From: an uncultured Chloroflexia bacterium
GTDB lineage: Bacteria > Chloroflexota > Limnocylindria > Limnocylindrales > CSP1-4
DNA: 64,000 nucleotides
Assembly (NCBI GenBank): GCA_963748625.1
Contig: CAVVJT010000010.1
Span: 832,001-896,000, forward strand
Direction: 5' to 3'
Positions 9,138 through 17,922 of this stretch are shown here, in pieces. A program made the position numbers and the translations under genes. How positions within the stretch are numbered: the stretch's first letter is position 1; each line of letters begins with the position of its first letter. The notes beneath the pieces are model-generated. The model ran no database searches and was not told where the DNA came from. It was given only the letters and a program-made list of their open reading frames with translations.

Positions 9138-11677
9138 GCGATCGGCTGCCTGCCGGCGATCCGTGCAGGCTGCGCCGCGGCAAGCATGGCGAGCGCCACC
9201 CCGAGGACCAGGGCGAGCCCGATCGTCGCGAACGGGATCTGGATGCCGCCGTCCGTCCTGCCCCCCGACGTCACCACCAGCAGGATCCCCAGGCCGATTC
9301 CCGCAAGCGAGCCCATCAGCGCTCCGATCGCGCCCAGGATGCCGGCCTCCACCAGCACGCTGCGCCACACCTGGCGACGGCTCATGCCGACCGCCCGCAG
9401 CACGCCCAGCTCGCGCGCGCGCTCGAACGTGTCCATCGAGAGCGTGTTCACGATACCGAGGGCGGCGATCACGACGGCCGCCATCGCGATGAGATCCAGC
9501 AGCCCGAAGACCCGGTCGAGCGCGTCCGACACGGCGCCCTCGATCTCGGTGACGGGCGCCACCGTCAGCGCGTACTCCGTGGCCAGCGCCGCCACCGCGG
9601 CCCCTGCATCGCCGTTCCCGGGCAAGGTGTCCCCGTACCGGACCGCGAACGAGTCCGCGCCGACCACGCCGAACGCCGTCTCGGCATCGGGCCAGCCCAC
9701 CAGCACCGTGTCGCCCGAGCGACCTGGGAATGAGCGGTCCACGAGACCCACGACCCGCAGCTCCACGAGGCCCTCGGCGGTGGAGATCGCCAGCAAATCA
9801 TCAAGCCCCACCCCCAGCTCCTGCGCCCGCGCCTGCGGCAGGATCATCGCGCCGCCCTGGTCAAGCGCCGCGAAGGCTGCGGAACGATCGCCGGCCAGGA
9901 AGCGCAACCGCCCGTCGGCCTCGAAATCGGCGCCCACGATGGCCGTCGCCTCGAGCCTGGTGCCGTCGTAGGCAAGATCGAAGGCCGCGAGCGGCGTCGC
10001 CGAGCCGACCCCATCGATGGCCGCCAGCTGCTCCTCCACCCCGCCCTCGCCCACCGGCGCCGGGGCGATCGCGGTCAGCACCTCGTCGCCGGGCACCACG
10101 TCGTACAGCCACGCGGTCGCCGTCACACGGGCGTTCGCCTGGACGGAGCCCAAGGCCACCACCATCGCGAGGCCCACCACGAGCGTGCCCACGGTCAGCG
10201 TGGTCCGGCTCGGGTCACGGGCGATGGCAGCACGGGCAAGCCGCTCCTCGAGGCGCAGCACGAGCGCGAACGGCGCCCCTGCGATCCGCCCGAGCGGTCT
10301 GAGCAGGACCGGCGTCAGCAGGACGGCGCCCAGGAGGACGCCATAGACCAGGACAGTGCGGGCCAGGCCCAGCGGTGACCCCTCCCCCACCGGCAGCAGG
10401 AGCAGCGCCACCAGGCCCATCGCGCCGATCACCACGATCAGCCAGCTGATGTGGGCGCGGGCCGCAGCCCCCGGATCGGAGCGGGCGCGCAGGGCGATGA
10501 CCGGCGCCACCGAGGCGGCCCGGCGAGCGGGCTCGGCGGCGGCGACCAGGGTCAGGACCAGCCCCACCACGAGGCCGGTCAGGAAGATCTCCGGCGAGAG
10601 GCGCGGCGCCTGGAGGTTGATGTTCCCGGACTGCCGCAGCCACCACGTCACCAGCTGCGCCAGGAGCACGCCGAACGCCAGGCCGGTGATGGAGCCGGCG
10701 ACACCGAGGACGAGTGCCTGGACCACGACCACGCGGACGATCTGGCCCCGGGCGGCGCCTGCGGCCCGCAGCAGGGCGAGCTCGCGGATGCGCTCCACCA
10801 CGGTCATTGCGAGCGTGTTGAGGATCATGAACGCGGCCGCGAACAGCGTGATCGAGGCCAGCAGGGCCATGGTGCCCCGGATGTCGGCGGTGGAGGCCCG
10901 CATGGCCGCGGCGAGGTCCCGCGGGACGCTGAGGACGTACGGCTCCACATCGAGCGCGTCGGAGAGAGCGGCCGTCACCTGGTCGAGGTCGGCGCCCTTG
11001 GCCAGCACAGCGTCGATCCGGGCCACGCCCGCGAGCGTGCCCTGGGGTGGTGGCGGGTCGCCGTCGAACAGCGCGAGCCGCATGGCCGTCTCGATCGGCA
11101 GGATCACCGTCCGCCCCGCGGCGTCGGCCACCGGCCCGTCGCCCGGGACGATCCCCACCACGCGCACCGACAGTGGCCGGCCGGCGCCCAGGATCGCAAT
11201 CCGCGAGGCGATGGTCAGGCCCTCCTCGGCGGCGAGGCGCTCCGTGATGAGGGCGGCCTCCTCGTCGGGCTCCTGGAGCGGCACCCCGGCCACGAGGGCG
11301 AGGTCGCGCACCTTGGGCTCGGCCGCCGGATCGATGCCCAGCACCGTGACCGGGTCGGTGATGACGGGCGTGCCGGGCTCGGACTCCAGGAACGCGCGGC
11401 GCTCGATGACCGGCGCGACCACCGCGATGCCGGGCACGGCGGCCAGGCGGTCCACGGTGGCGTCGGACAGGCCACCTTCCGCGAAGGCGGCGACGCGCAG
11501 GTCCGCGCGACCCACGATCGAGGCCACGGTCCGGTCGATCGCATCGTCCATGCCCGCGTCCACCGCGAGCGCCGCAACCAGCACGGCGACGCCGATGGCG
11601 ATGCCGAACACGGTCAGCAGGCTCCGCGCGGGCCTCGCGACGAGGCTCCGCCACGCGTACGGGAGGAGGCCGCGCAT
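9116..11677 (-). CDS. ABC transporter permease, FtsX/MacB family (duplicated domains)
   Basis: RSLLTVFGIAIGVA, ERIRELALLRAAGA, ERARELGVLRAVGMSRRQV. Confidence 0.9.
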   Translation of the reverse strand: MRGLLPYAWRSLVARPARSLLTVFGIAIGVAVLVAALAVDAGMDDAIDRTVASIVGRADLRVAAFAEGGLSDATVDRLAAVPGIAVVAPVIERRAFLESEPGTPVITDPVTVLGIDPAAEPKVRDLALVAGVPLQEPDEEAALITERLAAEEGLTIASRIAILGAGRPLSVRVVGIVPGDGPVADAAGRTVILPIETAMRLALFDGDPPPPQGTLAGVARIDAVLAKGADLDQVTAALSDALDVEPYVLSVPRDLAAAMRASTADIRGTMALLASITLFAAAFMILNTLAMTVVERIRELALLRAAGAARGQIVRVVVVQALVLGVAGSITGLAFGVLLAQLVTWWLRQSGNINLQAPRLSPEIFLTGLVVGLVLTLVAAAEPARRAASVAPVIALRARSDPGAAARAHISWLIVVIGAMGLVALLLLPVGEGSPLGLARTVLVYGVLLGAVLLTPVLLRPLGRIAGAPFALVLRLEERLARAAIARDPSRTTLTVGTLVVGLAMVVALGSVQANARVTATAWLYDVVPGDEVLTAIAPAPVGEGGVEEQLAAIDGVGSATPLAAFDLAYDGTRLEATAIVGADFEADGRLRFLAGDRSAAFAALDQGGAMILPQARAQELGVGLDDLLAISTAEGLVELRVVGLVDRSFPGRSGDTVLVGWPDAETAFGVVGADSFAVRYGDTLPGNGDAGAAVAALATEYALTVAPVTEIEGAVSDALDRVFGLLDLIAMAAVVIAALGIVNTLSMDTFERARELGVLRAVGMSRRQVWRSVLVEAGILGAIGALMGSLAGIGLGILLVVTSGGRTDGGIQIPFATIGLALVLGVALAMLAAAQPARIAGRQPIATAVLAE

Positions 11678-11686
11678 CCCGGACGC

Positions 11687-12481
11687 CTACAGGCCCAGGA
11701 CGGCCAGGCGGGTGATCAGCGGGCCCGCGGCATGGTCCTCGCGGCGGCCCAGGACGATCTCGTCCTGGATCGTGCCGTCGCCCACCACGAGCACCCTGTC
11801 GGCGTAGGCGGCGGTCTTCGCGTCGTGGGTCACGAGCACCACCGTCTGGCCACGCTCCACGCACGTGCGCCAGAGCGCATCGAGCAGGTCCAGGCCCGTC
11901 TTGAAGTCCAGGTTGCCGGTGGGCTCGTCGGCGAACAGCAGGGCGGGGCGGGTGACGATCGCCCGCGCCACGGCGACGCGCTGCCGCTCGCCCGCGGAGA
12001 GCTCGTCTGGCTTGTGGCGCTCCTTGCCGGTGAGCTCCACGATCTCGATGGCCTCGCGCACGCGCCCCGCCAGCTCACCCTTGGAGGGGTCCTGGCCCGC
12101 GATCGTGAACGGCAGGCCGACGTTCTCCACCACGTTGAGCAGCGGCACCAGGTTGAACGACTGGAACACGAAGCCGGTTCGCTCGCGCCGCAGGCGGGTG
12201 GCCTGCTCGTCGTTGAGGTGGCTGATGGACTCGCCCTGGAGCAGGACCTCGCCCGACGTGGGGCGGTCGAGCCCGCCCAGGAGCTGGAGCAGCGTGCTCT
12301 TGCCCGAACCGGACGGACCCATGAGCGCCACGAACTCCCCGGCCATCACCTGCAGCGAGACGCCGCGGACCGCCTGGACCACCTCGCCCGGCATCGGGTA
12401 CTGGCGGGTGACGTTGCGCGCCTCCAGTATCGGCCGGTCTTCGGGCCGCGCGGCGGTCGCACCTGCGTCGGCGGCGGTCAT
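11687..12481 (-). CDS. ABC transporter ATP-binding protein (LolD/MacB-like)
   Basis: GPSGSGKST, LSAGERQRVAVARA, ADEPTGNLD, VTHD. Confidence 0.95.
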   Translation of the reverse strand: MTAADAGATAARPEDRPILEARNVTRQYPMPGEVVQAVRGVSLQVMAGEFVALMGPSGSGKSTLLQLLGGLDRPTSGEVLLQGESISHLNDEQATRLRRERTGFVFQSFNLVPLLNVVENVGLPFTIAGQDPSKGELAGRVREAIEIVELTGKERHKPDELSAGERQRVAVARAIVTRPALLFADEPTGNLDFKTGLDLLDALWRTCVERGQTVVLVTHDAKTAAYADRVLVVGDGTIQDEIVLGRREDHAAGPLITRLAVLGL

Positions 12482-12516
12482 GCGGTCTCCCGTCGAGTGC
12501 GGATCACGGCGGCTCC

Positions 12517-13503
12517 CTAGCGTCCGAAGTACTGCGCGGCGATGGCGTTGAGGATCGAGTCCACGAGGCCCACCTCAACGGGCCGGTCCACGATCGCAAA
12601 GGTCGTCCAGCCGGAGCCGGGCTCCTCGGTGGGGATCGGCACGGGCGTGGGCTCCTCGGACGGGCTCGCACTGGGCGTGGCGGCGGCCGGCGTGGAGATG
12701 GCGGACGCGGTGGGCGCGGCCGTCGCGAGCGGGACTGAGGGGCTGGGCGACGAGGTCGGCTTCTTCGTGGGCTTCGGGGTCCGCCTCGGCTTCGGGGTCG
12801 GCTTCGGCGTCGGTTTGGCGGTCCGTTGGGCTGTCGGCTTCGGCGTCGGCCGCTTCGTGGGCTTGGGCGTGGGCTTCGGGGTCGGCTTCGCCGTCGGTTT
12901 GGGGGTGGCGCCGCCCGATCCGCACTTGTCGGCGAAGAGGACGGTCCAGACGTACTTGTCCTCCGTCCAGCGGATGGCCCCCACGCCCACGACGTCCCAG
13001 GCCTTGCCCATGATGTTGGCGCGGTGACCCTTCGACTTCATCCACTCGTTGAACACGTACGTGGTGACGTCCGACTCCGAGGCGCCGGGCCATGTCACGG
13101 TCCCGATGTTCTCGCCCGCCACCTTGAAGCAGTAGTCGTACTTGTACTGCATGTACCAGAAGACTTCGTGGCTCGTGCCCTTGACCGTGTGCGAGAGGTA
13201 GTTGCGGTCCGCCATGTCCTCGCTGCGCCAGCGCGCGATGGAGCGGAGGGTGCTGTCGAGCTTGAGCGTGCGCAGGCCGGCCGATGCGCGGGCCTGGTTC
13301 TGCAGCGAGATCACCAGGCTCTCGGAGTCGCTGCTGTAGTTGCCCTCGGCCCAGGCGCGTGCAGGACCCGCGACGACCGCAAGGCTGGAGATTGCGAATG
13401 CGAGCGCAGTGACCAGCGCAACCCAGCGGCTGGTCAGCAGGCGGGCGATCCGCGGGCGAGCGGGCGACGGGCGGGCGATCGACGGGGCATGAGCGGGCGT
13501 CAT
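12517..13503 (-). CDS. CAP/SCP-domain secreted protein with Pro/Thr/Lys-rich tail
   Basis: N-terminal hydrophobic stretch; [33 protein letters not shown]; KPT repeats. Confidence 0.85.
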   Translation of the reverse strand: MTPAHAPSIARPSPARPRIARLLTSRWVALVTALAFAISSLAVVAGPARAWAEGNYSSDSESLVISLQNQARASAGLRTLKLDSTLRSIARWRSEDMADRNYLSHTVKGTSHEVFWYMQYKYDYCFKVAGENIGTVTWPGASESDVTTYVFNEWMKSKGHRANIMGKAWDVVGVGAIRWTEDKYVWTVLFADKCGSGGATPKPTAKPTPKPTPKPTKRPTPKPTAQRTAKPTPKPTPKPRRTPKPTKKPTSSPSPSVPLATAAPTASAISTPAAATPSASPSEEPTPVPIPTEEPGSGWTTFAIVDRPVEVGLVDSILNAIAAQYFGR

Positions 13504-13590
13504 CGCCGTCCAGTGTCGCGCATGGCAGGCCCGGTGCGCACTCCACCGTTGAGGTCGCGGGAGGATGGGCGTCCGGACTACGCTGGGCCG

Positions 13591-14743
13591 ATGCACGTCG
13601 TGGTGATCGGGGGCGGGATCACGGGCACGGCCACGGCCGCGTTCCTGGCGCGGGCGGGCGCGCGGGTGACGCTCGTGGAGCAGGCGGGCCTCGCGTCGGG
13701 AGCGTCGGGTGCGAACTCGGGCGTGGTGTACCACCCGTTCGACGCGGTGCTCACCGCGCTGTACCACCCGACGGTCGCCCTGTACCGGGAACTGCAGGCG
13801 GAGGACGCCGGTTTCACCCTTGGCGTGGAGCCTGCCGGCGTGCTCTACGTGTCCCGCGATGGCGACGTGGTGCGCCTCGTGGCGTCGCGGATCCGGGCGT
13901 TGTTCCCCGCGCTGGCGGTGGACGAGGTCGAGGGTGGCGGCCTGCGCGCACTCGAACCCGCCGTCGCGCCGGATCTGCTCGCCTGTCGGGCTGGGATCGG
14001 GTTCCCCGTGGCTCCCGGGTCCGCGACCTACGCCTATGCCACCGTCGCGGAACGGGCCGGGGCGGTGGTGCGGGCCGGACGCACGGCGGCGCTGGCGGAG
14101 GTGGATGCGGCAGAGCCAGGCCGGAGGCCGTGTGGAGGGCGTCGTCGTCGATGGCGTCCTCGTCGAAGCCGATGCCGTGGTCGTTGCCGCGGGCCCGTGG
14201 ACGCCCGAGGTGCTGGACCCGGGCGGCACCTGGTCGCCGATCGTGCGCCGCTGGGGCGTGGTGGTGGAGGCGTTCCTGGGCGACGGGCCGCGACACGTGC
14301 TGGAGGAGGCCGAGGGCGAGGTGGACGTGGGTGCGGTGGAGCTCGTCGAGCCCGGCCTGCCTGAGCCTGTCGACCCCGGGTTCAGCCTCGTGCCCACGCC
14401 GGGCACGGCGTCGATCGGGTCCACGTGGCTTGCCGCGGAGCCTGACCCTGACGCCTGGACGGAGCGAATCCTCGAGCGGGCCGTGGCGTACGTCCCGTCC
14501 GTGCTGGACGCCCCGATCCGCGGCACCCGCTGCTGTGCCCGCCCGGTCAGCGTGGACGGCCGGCCGCTGGTCGGGCGGGTTCCGGGTCGCGAGAACGTGT
14601 ACGTGTGCTCGGGGCACGGACCGTGGGGGATCTCCACGGGGCCCGCATCGGCACGGCTGGTGGCGGACCTGGTGCTGGGCGGTTCGCCGCTCATCGATCC
14701 CGCACTGGATCCGGCGCGGTTCGGCGTGCCCGGCGGGAGCTGA
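13591..14743 (+). CDS. FAD-dependent oxidoreductase, DAO/glycine oxidase family (one frameshift near 14120)
   Basis: [12 protein letters not shown] and [10 protein letters not shown] in one frame; [23 protein letters not shown] and [11 protein letters not shown] in the next frame. Confidence 0.85.
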
Positions 14744-14852
14744 GACAGGCTGGAGGACTCCGGGCCGCAACCCGCGTCCGGCGCAGCGTCCCGTATACTG
14801 CGCCGGTCCCCGGATGCAGGGCCCTCGTGGTCGGTGCGCCCGGAGCGGGCAT

Positions 14853-14928
14853 GGTGGCCTTAGCTCAATGGCAGAGCATCGGATTGTGGCTCCGAAGGTT
14901 ACGGGTTCGAGCCCCGTAGGCCACCCCA
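14853..14928 (+). tRNA. tRNA-His (GTG)
   Basis: G-1 plus GTGGCCT/AGGCCAC acceptor stem, TAGCTCAATGGCAGAGC D-arm, anticodon loop TTGTGGC, GGTTCGAGCC T-arm and encoded CCA; TATACT -10 at 14794. Confidence 0.95.
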
Positions 14929-15119
14929 CCATCTCGGACGATCCGTGCGTGCGCGGGGCGCCCTACGTCGCGGTTGCACGTCCCGGCCCACGTGGGGGGC
15001 GAATCCGCACCTCCCACGCACGAGGTGCGCGTGAAACCCGACCTTTCGAACCTGGACCCTGCGTGAACCGGGCCGGAACGCCCCCCACGTGGGGCGCGGT
15101 GCGGGTCGTGAGCGCGGAG
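14922..15119 (+). repeat. 198-bp direct repeat, left copy (last 7 nt of tRNA-His plus downstream palindromic sequence)
   Basis: Aligns to 42546-42743 with about 6 differences by manual alignment. Confidence 0.95.
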
Positions 15120-15273
15120 CGCCTGGATACCGGGCACTCGCGAGGATGACGTCGACCCCGGCATCCGCAACACGACGAACGGCCTCGCGCACGGCGGGAC
15201 GGATCCGATGGCCGGGGTCCAGCAGGGTGCCGTCAACGTCGATGGCGAGGGCCGCGATCACGTGGTCGTTCAT
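15120..15273 (-). pseudogene. 5' fragment of a Cof-type HAD hydrolase, truncated at the repeat
   Basis: MNDHVIAALAIDVDGTLLDPGHRIRPAVREAVRRVADAGVDVILASAR (HAD motifs I and II), then it runs into the repeat. Confidence 0.8.
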
Positions 15274-15306
15274 GGGCGAGGAAGGCTGGCAGCGCACCTG
15301 CCGGGA

Positions 15307-15978
15307 TTACGGAAGCTTGGTGGTGCCGAAGGTCTCGTACCAGTCGGCGGCGAAGGCGTTCACCGCCTGGGTGACATCAGGTGCCCCGAGAGCGGCGCGG
15401 AGCAGCGCCGGGGGCAGCGTGACGGCCGTGGCGCCCGCCTCGAAGGCCGCGCTCACCTGGGCCACGTTCTTGAAGCTGGCGGCCATGATCTTGCACGCCG
15501 CGCCGTGCCGGTCGATGAACTTGGCAAGGGACTTGATGGTGGCGCTGGTGTCGATGTCCAGGCTCTCCATCCGGTTGAAATAGGGCGCGATGTAGTCGGC
15601 GCCGGCCGCGATCGCGAGCATGCCCTGGGTCTTGGAGTAGATGGCGGTGGCGGTCACCCCGATGCCCTCGTCCTTGAGCAGCCGCATCGCGTGGATGCCC
15701 TGCTCCGTGGTCGGGATCTTCGCGTACACCTTGCCGTCGACCTGGTCGAGCAGGCGGTGGGCGTCGGCGACGATGCCGGCGGCGTCCTGCGCCAGCACCT
15801 GGATGTGCAGCGTCCGATCCGGGCCGATGATCTCGCGGATGCGGCGGAAGTGGTTGTAGAAGTCGATCCGGCCCTCGGCCTTGATGATCGTGGGGTTCGT
15901 CGTCACGCCTGCGACCGGGTAGAGCGGCGTCATCTCCTCGATGTCGCGCAGGTTGGCAGTATCGAACAGGATCTCCAC
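15307..15978 (-). CDS. fsa: Fructose-6-phosphate aldolase (FSA-type transaldolase family)
   Basis: ILFDTAN, GVTTNPTI, VYAKIP, AASFKN; Gln in LHIQVL and Tyr in IAPYFNR are the aldolase-type residues (transaldolases have Glu/Phe). Confidence 0.85.
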   Translation of the reverse strand: MEILFDTANLRDIEEMTPLYPVAGVTTNPTIIKAEGRIDFYNHFRRIREIIGPDRTLHIQVLAQDAAGIVADAHRLLDQVDGKVYAKIPTTEQGIHAMRLLKDEGIGVTATAIYSKTQGMLAIAAGADYIAPYFNRMESLDIDTSATIKSLAKFIDRHGAACKIMAASFKNVAQVSAAFEAGATAVTLPPALLRAALGAPDVTQAVNAFAADWYETFGTTKLP

Positions 15979-16006
15979 TCGGTTCCTCGCTTCAGCAGCC
16001 CGGCCG

Positions 16007-16055
16007 AGCCGGGATGGACCAATCAACGCAGCCGGGATGGACCAATCAACGCAGC
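16007..16055 (+). repeat. 23-bp tandem duplication spanning the stop codon of the HAD phosphatase
   Basis: AGCCGGGATGGACCAATCAACGC twice, perfect. Confidence 0.9.
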
Positions 16056-16720
16056 AGGCGAAGCCGGCCTTCCCACACCACCTGCCGGAGGTCGGGAACC
16101 ACTGCCGCCTCATGAGCGACCGGCGCACCCGACCCGACGCGGACGATGCAGGCCACGCCGGCAGCGTGCGCCGCGGCGATCCCCGGCGTGGTGTCCTCGA
16201 AGACCGCGGCTCGCCCTCCACCGACCCCAAGCTGTCGGAGCGCGGACGCGTAGCCCTCCGGGTGCGGCTTGCCGCGAACGACATCGTCGGCGGTGATCAC
16301 GACCCGGGGCCTCGGAAGGCCGGCAGCGCGGATACGGGCATCGAAGAGCGCCGGGCTGGCCGACGTCACGACGGCCCAGCGGTCCGCAGGGAGGCGCGTG
16401 AGGAGCTCCAGGGCTCCTGGGATCATCCGGACGGTGTCGGCGTCCGCTATCTCGATCTCCTCGATGAGGTCGCAGCCCTCAGCCACGAGGTCACCGGGCA
16501 GCCAGGTCGCCACGGTGTCGGGCGATGTCCGTCCATTTGAAGCGGCGAGCACGGTGGCGCCGTCCAGGCCGAAGCGTTCTGCCCAGCGCCCCCACGACCG
16601 GTCCACGCTGGCAGCCGAGTCGACCAGGACGCCATCGCAGTCGAAGATGATCGCCTCGACGCCGGCGAGCAGGGCCTCGCCGGGAGAGGCAGGATCCGCG
16701 CCTGCCACCGACTCAGCCAC
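16046..16720 (-). CDS. HAD-IA sugar-phosphate phosphatase (YfbT/HxpA-like); start approximate
   Basis: IIFDCDGVLVDS, WAVVTSA, GKPHPEGY, VFEDTTPGI. Confidence 0.85.
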   Translation of the reverse strand: MAESVAGADPASPGEALLAGVEAIIFDCDGVLVDSAASVDRSWGRWAERFGLDGATVLAASNGRTSPDTVATWLPGDLVAEGCDLIEEIEIADADTVRMIPGALELLTRLPADRWAVVTSASPALFDARIRAAGLPRPRVVITADDVVRGKPHPEGYASALRQLGVGGGRAAVFEDTTPGIAAAHAAGVACIVRVGSGAPVAHEAAVVPDLRQVVWEGRLRLLR

Positions 16721-16782
16721 GGGGCGTGAGGAGCGGCTCGAGGCGGACGACCGGGTGTGCGCCCGCAAGCCCCGGAGCGGGC

Positions 16783-17922
16783 CTAGAACGTCGAGGCCAC
16801 ATCGATGACCCTGCCCTCGCGAGCGGACTGCTGTGCGGCAAGCATCACCTCGAGCACGTGCCGCGCGTGACGCCCACTCGCGATCGGCTGCACGCCATCG
16901 CGGACGCAGTCCGCAAGGTGCTCAATCAGGGACCCGCGCTGCAGCTCGGCGAACCGGTCGGATCCCACCGGGAAGATGTCGTAGCTCTGCGGCGTGATCC
17001 AGCCGCCAAGGCCGGGCGCTGCGTCAAGCCGGTACACCTCGACGGGCGGCGCTGCGACATCACCGCGGTTGACGAGGAGCGTGCCCTCAAGGCCGAACAC
17101 CTCCATGCGCGGGCTCCGCGAGGCGACCACGTTGTAGGTCCCGTCGATGACGGCGAATGTCGCCTCGCCGAAATCCAGGAGGAGCAGGTTGTTGTCGGGC
17201 GCCGTCACGGGAATGGTCACACCGTCGTACGGGCCGCCACGTGCAATCCGCGTCGGGACCGTGATCCCGGACATGGCCGACACCCGCTTGGCCGCACCAA
17301 GGACGCCTGTGGCCTGGGTGATGCCGTACACCGCCATGTCCAGGAGCGCACCGACGCCGTCCTTGTAGAACTGCGACGGATCGACCGGCCAGGAGAGTCC
17401 GGCGGCCCCGGCGTGCGAGGACTGCACCCGCGCGAAGGCGACCTTGCCGATCGCCCCCCGGGCGACAAGATCCCGTGCGCGCGCCCACTCGGACGCGAGC
17501 ATGTCGGCGGGCGCTGCCACGACGTAGAGGTTCCGGCGATCCGCCAGGTCGAGGAGCTCGTCGGCCTCGGCAAGCGTGGTCGTGATCGGCTTCTCCGTGA
17601 TGAGGTGGCGCCCGGCGTCGAGGATCTGCTTCGAGGCGGTGAAGTGCGCGGGGCCTGGCAGCAGGTTGACCACGGCGTCCAGGTCGAGCGCAAGCAGATC
17701 GTCCAGCGATTCGACCGCCCGGCCGATGTCGTGCGCCTCGGCGACGGCCCGCGCCTGGTCGATGCGCAGGTCGGCGATGGCGATCAGCTCTACCCGGTCC
17801 CGGATCTTGCCCAGGTGCGGCAGGTAGCCATAGCCGATGGTCGCGATCATGCCGGCGCCCAGGACGCCCACCCGCATGCGGGACCCGGCGGCAGGCTGGG
17901 CGGAAGGCATGTCTGCTGTCAT
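16783..17922 (-). CDS. Gfo/Idh/MocA-family oxidoreductase
   Basis: RVGVLGAGMIA, ITEKPI, GALLDMAVY. Confidence 0.9.
   Translation of the reverse strand: MTADMPSAQPAAGSRMRVGVLGAGMIATIGYGYLPHLGKIRDRVELIAIADLRIDQARAVAEAHDIGRAVESLDDLLALDLDAVVNLLPGPAHFTASKQILDAGRHLITEKPITTTLAEADELLDLADRRNLYVVAAPADMLASEWARARDLVARGAIGKVAFARVQSSHAGAAGLSWPVDPSQFYKDGVGALLDMAVYGITQATGVLGAAKRVSAMSGITVPTRIARGGPYDGVTIPVTAPDNNLLLLDFGEATFAVIDGTYNVVASRSPRMEVFGLEGTLLVNRGDVAAPPVEVYRLDAAPGLGGWITPQSYDIFPVGSDRFAELQRGSLIEHLADCVRDGVQPIASGRHARHVLEVMLAAQQSAREGRVIDVASTF

Noticed and set aside
12760-12905. Repetitive GGCTTCGG tract
   Set aside because: It encodes the KPT/PKP low-complexity linker of the CAP protein and is not a DNA element.
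15307-15978. Transaldolase
   Set aside because: It has the Gln/Tyr pair of FSA-type aldolases, and a true tal lies at 62088.
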